Shown here: one piece after another, positions 10,601 to 18,674 of the stretch
How positions within the stretch are numbered: position 1 is the first letter of the stretch
Layout: every line of letters begins with the position of its first letter
Assembly: GCA_964492685.1 (NCBI GenBank)
Contig: CAZBMH010000006.1
Location: forward strand, 2,448 to 66,447
DNA length: 64,000 nt
Reading direction: 5' to 3'
From: an uncultured Micropruina sp.
Lineage (GTDB): Bacteria > Actinomycetota > Actinomycetes > Propionibacteriales > Propionibacteriaceae
Notes under the pieces: generated by a model
What the model was told of the DNA's origin: nothing
Databases searched by the model: none
Seen by the model: only the letters and a program-made list of their open reading frames with translations
Made by a program: the position numbers and the translations under genes

Positions 10601-13600
10601 CCACGTCCAGTGCTTGTTTCGTATCCTCGAACCTTGTGGCGCGGCCGTTCCAGTAGGCGCCCAGCGCTGGCCCTTCGTTGTGCGCTTCGGCTTCGTACTC
10701 GAAGTGCGCCTTTGCCCAGGCAACGGCCTTCTCGAGCCCCTTGATGCCGTCGGAGACGCCCACGTCGGAGGCCAACAGTTCCGACACCTGCTTCTTGTCG
10801 GCGCGGTAGGCCGAACTCAGCTTCTTCAGGCCCTTGTGTTCGGTGCGGAAGCGAGTCAGCAGGTCCTCGACCGGGGCGTGCAGCGCAGCATCCGTGAAGT
10901 ACGGCTTGGCCTCGGCTTCGAGGTGTTCGAGTCTGCTGACCGAGGCTTCTAGCGCTTGGACGGCGTGGTGTGCAAGCGGCGAACCCTGAACACTGAACCA
11001 GTCCCGAGACGGCTGATGGGGCGCTGCGCAGAGAGCGACGAGGGCAAGAACTCGATCCAGGTCGGCCGTTGTGACGAGGTCCGGGAGCCCCAGTGCCGTA
11101 GAAAGGAGTCGTCCGCCACTCAGCGCACGTGACAGGGCGTCAGTGAGGTCTTGCAACTCCCGCGAGGCCGCGTCGCAGCCCGCCGCCGTGAGAGGAGCAG
11201 TAGCGAAGCTTGTCCCTGTTCGTTTCTGAGCGCCAGCCAGCGCGATGCTGAAGCCACTGAAGTCGTCCCACTCGACTTCGGCGGCGCGTAGCCACCTCTT
11301 GTCGGCTTGGTGAAAACCGTCCAGATCGGCCTGGAGTGCGCCGAAAGCGGCGTCCATCTCATCGAGCGACCGTGACATCAACCAAGCGTCGAGCACACCG
11401 TCGGGCCGCTCCTCGGTCTGGAGTTCGACTAAGGCAGCGAGCCGCTCGACCTGACTGGGCGACTTGAGGCTGAATGCTTCGGCAAGTTCCCGGTTGTTGT
11501 CGATGGCGCCTTGAAGCTCTTCGAGGCGGCGTCGTGCCGCGAAAAACCGCTCCTCGAGCGGAGCTTGGTCGACAACATCCTTCCAGAGGTAGCTCGCGCC
11601 CTGCTCAGCCGGCCGCCAGCACAGGTGGAGGGTCTTCGTGAGTTCCTTGAACCGCCAGTACTGGTCGGACGTGATCTTCTCAACGCCCGTGCTAGGAATG
11701 GGGGCCTGAGGGGCTTCAGTGAGCTGTGAGATGCGGCCGAGGATCTCGTGGAGGGACTTGTCCAACGGCAGTCGGGTCTCGTTCATGGCGTTCGCGTAGG
11801 CGCTGAGGCTTTCGCGACGCAGAGCCGCCAGGCCGCGATTCTGTTCGCTCATGCCCGCCGGGGGAACAGGCTTCGTCTCCAAGGCCCGAAGCAGCTCGGT
11901 GGCCACCTCCTTGCGCGACGTCTTGCTGCTGTGGAGTTCGAAGAGATAGGGCAGCAGGCCGACCTGCTCCAGTCGGTTACGGACGACCTCCAGCGCTGCA
12001 GCCTTCTCTGACACGAAGAGGACGCTCTTGCCGGCATGTAGAAGCGCGCCAACCATGTTGGCGATGGTCTGTGACTTGCCAGTTCCCGGAGGGCCGTCCA
12101 TGACAAAGCTCCGGCCTGCGACGGCGGCGGCGATGGCCGACCGCTGGGAAGAGTCCGCGTCAAGAACGACCGGAGTGGTCTCGGGTGGTGCGAGCCGGTC
12201 GATGTCCTCCGGTGAGATCGGTTCGAAGTCGAGCAAACGCGATTGCTTGAGCGGGTCTGAAGTTCCCAGCACCCGAACGATCGGATGGTTGACGATCGTC
12301 TCTGCGTTCTCGACGAGGTCCTTGTACATGGCCTCCTTGTGGAAGGAGAACATGGAGAGAACAACGTCGCTGGTGACTTGCCATCCCTTCTTGGCAGCGA
12401 CCGCCTCCTGCACCATCACGAGTTGGAGGTCGATGTCGAGACCCTCCATCTGTTCAGCACCCGGGAGCTCAACGCCAAGACGTTGGAGCTGCACCCTGAG
12501 GGCGGGGTTGAGGACAGGTTCGTCCTCTGCAGCCTTGAGATGCGGAATGTCCTTCGGGCCGAGCGGGACCAGCTCGACCGGCACGAGGATGAGTGGGCTT
12601 GTGTACTCGGACTCGTCGACGTCCTGCCAGTGGAGCATCCCCAAGGCGAGGTAGAGCACATGCAGGCCACGATCGAGCCACTCCGTATTCGCCTGCCGCA
12701 TGATTGTCCGCAGGGCCGGCCCAAGTTCCTTGTGTGGCCGCGCGCACATGAGAGTCGGCGGCGTGGAGGCCAGTTGGGGATCGGTCCTGGATCCGTCCGC
12801 ACGCAGCCCCGCGCCTTCACCGGTGGCCTCCTCATCCTTCGTGCCTTCGAAGACCCACTCGTGTCCCGCATCGAGGCGCGTGACAATCACGTTGGCGTCG
12901 GGAGTGTCAATAGTCACCGAACGCAACTTCGTGGCGCGGTAGTTGATGAGCCTGCTCGCCCCTGAAACCGTAAGCAGTCCCCTCTTCCAGACCTCCAGAG
13001 CGGCGGCGACCTCTCGAGTCTGATCATCGTAGGCACCCTGATCGACTGGCTCATGCTGGACGAGGCCGGGTCGTTTCGACGGGATCGGGCCGGTTGGGTT
13101 CGGCTGCGCCATGTACCTGATTCCTTCCATCGACAGCGCCGTCCGCGTTGTCGTCGCCTGCTTGACCCCTTCAGACCGGGCCACGCTTCGTAGCTTCTCA
13201 CTCGGCGGCTGAGGGGGGCGCAATTGCGTCCCTTTGCCCTCCGCGGCAAGGCTGCTTCCATCCGTGCGGCCGCCTTGGGTGGACAGGACCTTTGACACTG
13301 TGGACGTCGAGATTCCCAGGCTGCGAGCGATCTCCGCCCGCGTCCGCCCCTCAGCCTGCAACGCGAGGACGCGGACGTTCCTTTCGGCGACGACGTCCCT
13401 GGCATGCTCGGCTTTCCGCTCCCGGAGAAACGCGTCCCAAACGCGGGGCATGCGATCTGGGTCCGGCTCAACCGGCAACCCAGCATGCGGAGCCACGTGC
13501 CTCAGCGCAACTACTTGCTTGGCCGTCTCCCGTGTCTCCTGGAACCTCGTCGCCGCGTACTGGTCGCGAGCTGAGCGTGGGAGCGCCTGCCAAAGCGCCG

Positions 13601-14189
13601 CCAGCTCCGTGGCAATCAAGTCCCGGTCAACAAGGCGCTCGAGGGTCGCCCAGGTCGGCAGCGCAACGTAGACCGATTCTCCGCCCAAAGCCACGCCAGG
13701 CACGTAGCAGGCCCGGCCGTCGCCGTTGAGGTACCGGATGTTCCCGTGCAGCCCGTAGGCCAGGTCGGCAGCGATATAACCCACACGGACGCCGTCCAAC
13801 TCGACAGCGACCGCGTCGCAGTCGTGAGGGTTTCCTGGCTCCGGCACCAGTTCGAACCAGCGCCAAGAGTCGACATCCTTCGGGAGCGCCCGCTCGTAGA
13901 CGAGTCGGAGCTTCGTCCAGTACACCGGCCGTGTGAAGTCGTTCTGAACTTGCGGGTCGGCTGCTTGCGCGTCCTGAAGGCCGACCACCTCGAAGCCACT
14001 CGCCGGGCGCAGGTACTCCGTTGGCGGCCGTCTCCATCCCGAACCGGGCAAGGAGCCTGCCGGTCCTTTCAGGAGCTCGCCATGGGGGATCTCCGAGAGG
14101 CGAACACGAGGAGAGAGACGAACCGTATTGAGGCGGTGTCGCTCTGCCCGTTCAGAGCTGTACCAGTACTCGTATTCAGACGGTGGCAA
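7608..14189 (-). CDS. DUF4011 / SF1 (UPF1/DNA2-like) helicase / Vsr-like nuclease / DUF3320 protein (Hhe-type defence protein), in frame with N-terminal HIRAN and HTH domains
   Basis: GPPGTGKSQT, DEASQ, WHYRS, SVQGDERD, RRLNVAVTRAR; nuclease SPFE..YRID..IECDG.YHS..RDRDRLR..GWRLHRIW; N-terminal EPGNPHD.DAVAV..G..VGYI (HIRAN) and RAEIARSLGISTSTV (HTH); alternative start ATG 13112 with GGAAGG RBS. Confidence 0.85.
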   Translation of the reverse strand: MPPSEYEYWYSSERAERHRLNTVRLSPRVRLSEIPHGELLKGPAGSLPGSGWRRPPTEYLRPASGFEVVGLQDAQAADPQVQNDFTRPVYWTKLRLVYERALPKDVDSWRWFELVPEPGNPHDCDAVAVELDGVRVGYIAADLAYGLHGNIRYLNGDGRACYVPGVALGGESVYVALPTWATLERLVDRDLIATELAALWQALPRSARDQYAATRFQETRETAKQVVALRHVAPHAGLPVEPDPDRMPRVWDAFLRERKAEHARDVVAERNVRVLALQAEGRTRAEIARSLGISTSTVSKVLSTQGGRTDGSSLAAEGKGTQLRPPQPPSEKLRSVARSEGVKQATTTRTALSMEGIRYMAQPNPTGPIPSKRPGLVQHEPVDQGAYDDQTREVAAALEVWKRGLLTVSGASRLINYRATKLRSVTIDTPDANVIVTRLDAGHEWVFEGTKDEEATGEGAGLRADGSRTDPQLASTPPTLMCARPHKELGPALRTIMRQANTEWLDRGLHVLYLALGMLHWQDVDESEYTSPLILVPVELVPLGPKDIPHLKAAEDEPVLNPALRVQLQRLGVELPGAEQMEGLDIDLQLVMVQEAVAAKKGWQVTSDVVLSMFSFHKEAMYKDLVENAETIVNHPIVRVLGTSDPLKQSRLLDFEPISPEDIDRLAPPETTPVVLDADSSQRSAIAAAVAGRSFVMDGPPGTGKSQTIANMVGALLHAGKSVLFVSEKAAALEVVRNRLEQVGLLPYLFELHSSKTSRKEVATELLRALETKPVPPAGMSEQNRGLAALRRESLSAYANAMNETRLPLDKSLHEILGRISQLTEAPQAPIPSTGVEKITSDQYWRFKELTKTLHLCWRPAEQGASYLWKDVVDQAPLEERFFAARRRLEELQGAIDNNRELAEAFSLKSPSQVERLAALVELQTEERPDGVLDAWLMSRSLDEMDAAFGALQADLDGFHQADKRWLRAAEVEWDDFSGFSIALAGAQKRTGTSFATAPLTAAGCDAASRELQDLTDALSRALSGGRLLSTALGLPDLVTTADLDRVLALVALCAAPHQPSRDWFSVQGSPLAHHAVQALEASVSRLEHLEAEAKPYFTDAALHAPVEDLLTRFRTEHKGLKKLSSAYRADKKQVSELLASDVGVSDGIKGLEKAVAWAKAHFEYEAEAHNEGPALGAYWNGRATRFEDTKQALDVVDRAFEVLAGLPLNEQLLAYLTSESGRSLAGSASEVQRNLDLWRRGLHPGGALHAHQTIALEPLLDVLTWMEAQSRVAAEDAARVRVVDAALGRLHTTLEADRMLALWSERGTAAGALDAGDRYRRELGTLFQGTRTDTGSLRTALDWARQVRELVGGELSEAQVGALLTTRTNPRLRPAKERWDSAAEAILSAFAGGRRHDLQLELDDFDGAIELIAELEADPAGQAEWFRYTTLRRELAELGLEETTRACNEERMPSQLVPGALEKALLRGWANSVIAADPRLVPPSTAERRALVEQYRSLDTELIHTAHSRIIRQVNAQRPQFLGMGEQGVIQREGMKKKRHIPVRDLIARTKSTALSLKPCFMMSPLAVSQYLPSDIRFDVVIFDEASQVLPSDAVNCVYRGHAMILAGDDKQLPPTSFFEKMDEGDLEQEETDVKDFESVLELAKASGALRNIPLRWHYRSADDALINYSNYKFYEGKLVVFPGPGSKKGDPAVSFHKVNGVYRRGATADNPREAAAVAARVIEHFSKTPDQTLGVVTFSVAQASAVQDAIDRAREGRRDLDKYFDVSERLHAFFVKSLESVQGDERDKIIFSVGYGPDENGKITTNFGVLNRDKGWRRLNVAVTRARKCVELVASMRAGDIPPSPNENVEYLRAYLDYAERGMPALAVNLGTTGASPDSPFEESVLAVLTGWGYTVEPQVGSAGYRIDIGVRHPAHPGLFLLGIECDGYQYHSAPAARDRDRLREQVLRRLGWRLHRIWGTSWYRDRGTEEARLRKALEDAIAGNGHTSDAKRRAAVELGFETVEQMERPDWARTYVEASVPRLPRWIDVSEPGAGHDMAAGVLSVIDLEGPVHVEVLDQRLRDAWGIGRIGAKIRANIDSAIRHAGAKREGQFLTLPGGSSIHVRTPSDRTIRKAEQIHHEELAAAMLLLLSEMGSATGDQLIVSAARLFGWNRTGSNIQDRLEPVIEALVETELVTRANGLLSHTEDRS

Positions 14190-14411
14190 CGGGGGCGCCG
14201 TTCATGCAGTGATTTCTTCCTGGCAGTGAAGCGTGAGGCGACCTCCACGTCGCACTCTGAACCGTAATGGACCCGGCTGACACCCGGCGACAACGGCTCG
14301 CACCGCAAGAGAGTCGACGAGCCAATGAGTTCGATGCTCTCACGCGGGGTCCGAGTCCGCGAAGGCCGCTCCCACTTCGTCCTCACCGGGCTTGGGTGTC
14401 CAACTGCGGCC

Positions 14412-15671
14412 CTATGGAGTCCTGCTCAGTTCCGCCATCGCGGACAGTCTCCGGGCGATCTCGGCGTCCCGTCCGGCGGCAGCGTGTTGGTAGATCAGGG
14501 CGGCCTTGACGTCGGAGTGCCCGAGCCGGTTCATGAGTTCGGCCAGCGTGGCGCCGGCTTGGGCGGCCATGGTGGCGCCCGTGTGGCGTAGGTCGTGCCA
14601 CCGGAGGTCCTCGCGACCGGCGACTTTCCTGGCTCGTCGGTAGACCTTGTAGAGCGCGCCGTGCTTCATGTGCCCACCAGATTCGACAGCGGGGAACAAC
14701 AGTCCGTCCGGGCCGGGTGCTGCCCACTGGTCGAGGTGGTCGAGGAGCAGGGGCAGCAGGTGCGGGGGGATGGCCACGTCACGCAGGCCGGCTTCGGTCT
14801 TGTTCTCCTTCACGATCGGGGTGTCGGGCTCGGGCCAGACGACGGCCCGGGAGATGTGCAGCATGCCTGAGGTGGGCTCTCCGTTGGCGTCGCGGAAGAT
14901 GTGGATGTCCTTACGCCGCAACTCGGTGAGCTCGGAGAACCTGGGGGCGCACCACGCCGCCAGCAGAACCATGGCGGCATACCGTTCGGGCATGGCGTTG
15001 GCGATCGCGGCCAGCTCGGGCAGGGCGGCCGGCACGATCCGGTTCGGCGGTTTCGCCGCCTTGCTCGGCGCCCGGCGGTTCAGTGTCTTGGAGGTGAGCC
15101 GGGCGGGGTTGATGGCCAGCAGCGGCACAGCGTCGGTGTCCTCGTCGGGACGAGACGCGGTGCTGAGGATGGCCCGGAGCAGTTCGTAGGTGCGTCGTCG
15201 GGCCACCGGCAGCTCGGGGTCCTGGTCGTCCCACCATGTCTTGATCATGGACGGGGTGATGGCGTCGAGGGTGAGGGTGTGGAAGAGGGCTAGTCTCGGG
15301 CCGTCCAGCATCCGCTGGTACTCGGCCCGGGTCTTGGGACTGAGGTCGCGGGTGCCGATCCACTTCTGGCTGTAGTCGGCGAACCTGACCTTGGTCGGGT
15401 CGGGCGGGGGAGCGGGCTTCCAGCGGTACTCGAGGATCTCGGCGTGGCGCATGTCGAGCCAGGCTGCTGCGTCGCCCTTGGTCAGGAAGGTGACCGGTGC
15501 GAGGTGACGGGCGCCGCCGGCTTGGTAGGAGGCCTGGAACCGGCCAGAGCGGAGCTTCATGATTTTTCCGAAGGTCCGGCGTGGGCGCGCGGTCGGCTCG
15601 GGTGCGGGCGCAGTGTCGGGTCGGATCGGCACGACGTTGGCGCTGGCCGCCCGTACGGTTCGTGGGCTCAC
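14412..15671 (-). CDS. int: Tyrosine recombinase/integrase (L5/pSAM2-like)
   Basis: FG.I.KLRSGRFQASY arm-binding N-terminus; catalytic R (PRFSEL), K (NKTEAG), HDLRH, LGH, Y (LIYQH); GTG start 7 nt after AGGAGG. Confidence 0.95.
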   Translation of the reverse strand: MSPRTVRAASANVVPIRPDTAPAPEPTARPRRTFGKIMKLRSGRFQASYQAGGARHLAPVTFLTKGDAAAWLDMRHAEILEYRWKPAPPPDPTKVRFADYSQKWIGTRDLSPKTRAEYQRMLDGPRLALFHTLTLDAITPSMIKTWWDDQDPELPVARRRTYELLRAILSTASRPDEDTDAVPLLAINPARLTSKTLNRRAPSKAAKPPNRIVPAALPELAAIANAMPERYAAMVLLAAWCAPRFSELTELRRKDIHIFRDANGEPTSGMLHISRAVVWPEPDTPIVKENKTEAGLRDVAIPPHLLPLLLDHLDQWAAPGPDGLLFPAVESGGHMKHGALYKVYRRARKVAGREDLRWHDLRHTGATMAAQAGATLAELMNRLGHSDVKAALIYQHAAAGRDAEIARRLSAMAELSRTP

Positions 15672-15710
15672 TGGCAAACCTCCTGTCAGCCCAATTCTGC
15701 TGTTTGGGCT

Positions 15711-15728
15711 TGCATCCCTCGTGCATCC
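15711..15728. promoter_or_regulatory. Putative integrase arm-type sites
   Basis: Direct repeat TGCATCC x2 (11-bp period) between int and the att core. Confidence 0.4.
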
Positions 15729-15860
15729 TTAGGGGAGTGACATCGAGTCTAAACGGGTCGCGCAGAGTCCCGCAACCGGTCTCGATGGGGCGGGCGAAAC
15801 AGCTAGTCCGAGGGCTGTTTGGCCTAGTCGACGGGAGCCTGCGAGATCGTCCAAGTCCCC

Positions 15861-15884
15861 GGTTCAAATCCTGTCAGCCCGACC
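15861..15884 (+). repeat. att core: duplicated 3' end of tRNA-Pro
   Basis: GGTTCAAATCCTGTCAGCCCGACC matches the T-loop and acceptor 3' end of actinobacterial tRNA-Pro; the T-stem 5' strand is broken, so this is not an intact tRNA. Confidence 0.85.
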
Positions 15885-16096
15885 GTTGAATTGCCTTGTG
15901 GGCGGCATGTTGGTGGATTGTGGACTTCGCTGGCGCGGCGTGCACTCACTCGGTTCTGAATCCGAAGTGCGTGCGCATCCTGTTCGGCGTCGCCGCCACC
16001 GATCACAGGTCTCGTGGAGGGACCGTGCTAGCGGCCTCAGCATTTGCACTCGGTGCCGGGTTCGGGTCCATGGCCTATGGCCGATAGCTGGGTCGC

Positions 16097-16642
16097 CTAC
16101 TTGCCAGATGTGGTCCGGAGTGTCGCGAGGATGCTCTTGATCTCGGCGATCTGGGCTGAATCTGGGGTCAGGCCCTGTGCGTAGTATCCAGCTCGGCTGG
16201 GGGTGGCGGAACGGGCCTGCACCACTACGTAGATCGCGCCCTGCACCGCACCGGTACCAACCAACACCCGCTCGCCGTTGATTGCATCCTCCGAGACATT
16301 GACGTCGCTGTACTTCTCGCCGATCAGTTCGCGCAGCATGGCAGCGTCGATGGGTTCGGTGTCAACGCTGATGCTCACTCCAGCACCCCTGGGACCGGCC
16401 AGCACTAGACCGCACTCAGGCGCTGGCTGGATGGTCCAGCCCGCGGGCGCGTTGACGGTGAAACAGGAAGCCAACGCGGTTCCGGGTGGGGAGGACGCTG
16501 AGGCGACAGCTGTCTGGTTGACCGGGGTTGGCGTGACCGTGGTCTTGGACTCGCTGGACCCTGAGCCACACCCAGACGCAGTGACGACGATCAACGCGCC
16601 TGCCCAGAAGACGCCCCACCTGGTGGATCGTGCCAAACGCAT
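16097..16642 (-). CDS. Lipoprotein of unknown function
   Basis: MRLARSTRWGVFWAGALIVVTASG-C lipobox, S/T/P-rich linker; TAGGGT -10-like hexamer 7 nt upstream. Confidence 0.7.
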   Translation of the reverse strand: MRLARSTRWGVFWAGALIVVTASGCGSGSSESKTTVTPTPVNQTAVASASSPPGTALASCFTVNAPAGWTIQPAPECGLVLAGPRGAGVSISVDTEPIDAAMLRELIGEKYSDVNVSEDAINGERVLVGTGAVQGAIYVVVQARSATPSRAGYYAQGLTPDSAQIAEIKSILATLRTTSGK

Positions 16643-16778
16643 GCCCCGGACCCTACTCCAGAGAGGCGGCGGACGAGGGGCCCGCGGGTTCCCCAGGGAG
16701 GTGGTGACCGAAGTGCGCGCAAGGACGACTCCGCGCCATCCTGGCGCCGATAGCGGATCCCCGCCCATCCATGTAATG

Positions 16779-16803
16779 TGAATGCATTCAGTGAATGCAT
16801 TCA
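16779..16803. promoter_or_regulatory. Tandem TetR operator
   Basis: Two perfect palindromes TGAATGCATTCA (16779-16790, 16792-16803) directly before the tetR RBS. Confidence 0.8.
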
Positions 16804-16811
16804 GGAGGGTC

Positions 16812-17405
16812 GTGGGCAGCAGGGCGGAATCCAAGGCGGGGTCACAGCGCAGGGTGGTGGCGGCTGCCACAGACCTGTTCACGCGACAGGGGTATGCATC
16901 GACGACGGTTCCGCAGATCGCCGCGGCGGCCGGCGTGTCGGTAGGCACGGTGGCGGGCGTGGGGTCGAAGGATGCGCTGTTCCTGCGGGTGTGGGAGGAG
17001 ACAGCGACGGCCGCCTCGCTGGGCGAGCTGGCCGGCGCCCGAGCGGCGACCGGATCCGTGACCGAACGGGTGTGGAGCTACTTCGAGGGCCTGGTGGAGG
17101 CGTCCATCGCGATGCCCGATGGGTTGCGGGACTACTTCGTGGCGTACCTGCGCGTCCGCGACCATGCCGAGAATCAGGCCCGCCTGTCCGGCGTTGTGGA
17201 CGCGATACGTGACCTGTTCCCCTCCGACGAGCTGCCCGCCTTGGAGTCGCCGGCGAGGCTGGCGTCCTGGACCCTCTGGCTGTCGTTCTCGTCGGTCTGT
17301 TTCGGGCTGGCGGCCACGTCGATCCCGCCGGACGAGGCTCGTCGGCTGATGCGAGCGGTCGTCGTGGCCCAATGCGCCCCGTTCGAGGAGGAGGGCGCGC
17401 GGTGA
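16812..17405 (+). CDS. TetR/AcrR family regulator
   Basis: AATDLF..QGY.STTV.QIA.AAGVSVGT HTH; GGAGGG RBS before GTG. Confidence 0.9.
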   Translation: MGSRAESKAGSQRRVVAAATDLFTRQGYASTTVPQIAAAAGVSVGTVAGVGSKDALFLRVWEETATAASLGELAGARAATGSVTERVWSYFEGLVEASIAMPDGLRDYFVAYLRVRDHAENQARLSGVVDAIRDLFPSDELPALESPARLASWTLWLSFSSVCFGLAATSIPPDEARRLMRAVVVAQCAPFEEEGAR

Positions 17406-18616
17406 AGGTGACGCTGGTCAGCTACGGCAGTCTGGGCGACGACCTGCCGCTGGTCGCGCTTGCGCTCGGGCTACGGGACGCGGGCCACCGGCCGGTGATC
17501 GTGGCGGAGCAGCGCGCGGGCGTCGCGGCAGCCGAACACGGGCTGGAGTTTCACGCCCTGGCCGGGGACATCGCCGAGTTGATGGCGCCCGGGGCGCCGA
17601 TCGCGCAGGCTGTCGAGGCGGGCCGGCTGACCCTCGGATCCTTGCGGAACTACCGACGGGAGGATCGGCGTTGGCTGGAGACCATCGCGGCGGCCGCGGC
17701 CGGATCCGATGTGGTGGTCGGGATGCCGGTGGCTGGCTACCACGCGCTCGCCGTGGCGGCCGACATCGGGGCCCGCCCCGTCCTCGCGGAGCTGCAGCCG
17801 CTCGCCCCGACCCGCGAGTTCGCGCCCTCGGGGCTCGGGGCCCCGCGGCTACCCGGCGCCGTCAACGCTGCGCTCGGCCACATGGTGGACGCCGCCGGGT
17901 GGGCCACGATCGCTCCGTCGGTGAATCGCGCGCGCCGGTCTTTGGGTTGGCGGCGGATCGGGAACCCGGCACGCGGCGTGAGGAGGCTCGGCGCGTGGTC
18001 ACGCACCCTCGTGCCCGCCCCTGCGGACTGGCCGTCGTCGGTCTCGGTGACGGGCCCCTGGCGGTTGCCCGTCTCGGCGGAGTGGCGCCCCGATGCGGCG
18101 CTCGCCCAGTTCCTCGACGCGGGCGACCCGCCCGTCTACGTCGGCTTCGGTTCCATGCCGACCTTCTCCGGAACTCCGGCGCTCACGGCGGCCCTGCGTG
18201 CGGGTCTGGCGGGTCGGCGCGTCATCCTCGCCCGCGGATCGACAGTCGGCTGGCCGACCTCGGACGACGTCTTCAACGCCGGGTATGTGCCACACGAGTG
18301 GCTGTTTCCGCGGTGCGCCGCGCTCTTGCATCACTGCGGCGCCGGCACCACCCACGCCGCCCTGGCGTCCGGGACTCCCTCCATCCCCGTCCCCTTCACC
18401 CTTGACCAGCCCTTCTGGGCCGGCCGACTCCAGAGCCTGGGCGTCGCGCCGCAGCCGCTGGACCCACGCCGCCCCAGTGCCTCAGCCGTTCGCACCGCCC
18501 TCGCCGACATCCAAGGCGCCCCCGTCCGCGAGCGGGCCGCCACCCTCGCCCAACAGTTGGCCACGGAGGACGGCGTCCGCAACGCCGTGTCCGCCATCGA
18601 GGAAGTGTGCCTGTAA
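17402..18616 (+). CDS. GT1 glycosyltransferase (sterol glucosyltransferase-like)
   Basis: YGSLGD..P N-terminus, PVYVGFGS, PHEWLFP, HHCGAGTT, PF..DQ.FW; GTGA overlap with tetR. Confidence 0.9.
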   Translation: MKVTLVSYGSLGDDLPLVALALGLRDAGHRPVIVAEQRAGVAAAEHGLEFHALAGDIAELMAPGAPIAQAVEAGRLTLGSLRNYRREDRRWLETIAAAAAGSDVVVGMPVAGYHALAVAADIGARPVLAELQPLAPTREFAPSGLGAPRLPGAVNAALGHMVDAAGWATIAPSVNRARRSLGWRRIGNPARGVRRLGAWSRTLVPAPADWPSSVSVTGPWRLPVSAEWRPDAALAQFLDAGDPPVYVGFGSMPTFSGTPALTAALRAGLAGRRVILARGSTVGWPTSDDVFNAGYVPHEWLFPRCAALLHHCGAGTTHAALASGTPSIPVPFTLDQPFWAGRLQSLGVAPQPLDPRRPSASAVRTALADIQGAPVRERAATLAQQLATEDGVRNAVSAIEEVCL

Positions 18617-18674
18617 CAACGCACGTTGTGGACGGCCCGTCCTCGGGCCGAATGCTGCGGCTCGGCAGGCGCTC

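Larger units (their letters stand above)
1..15884. mobile_element. Right part of a tRNA-Pro-integrated genomic island (defence island); left end lies outside the window
   Basis: Tyrosine integrase at 14412-15671 lies next to a tRNA 3'-end duplication at 15861-15884; cargo is type I RM plus a helicase-nuclease. Confidence 0.8.

Noticed and set aside
15811-15884. Intact tRNA gene
   Set aside because: T-stem, D-stem and anticodon stem do not pair; only the 3' 24 nt match tRNA-Pro
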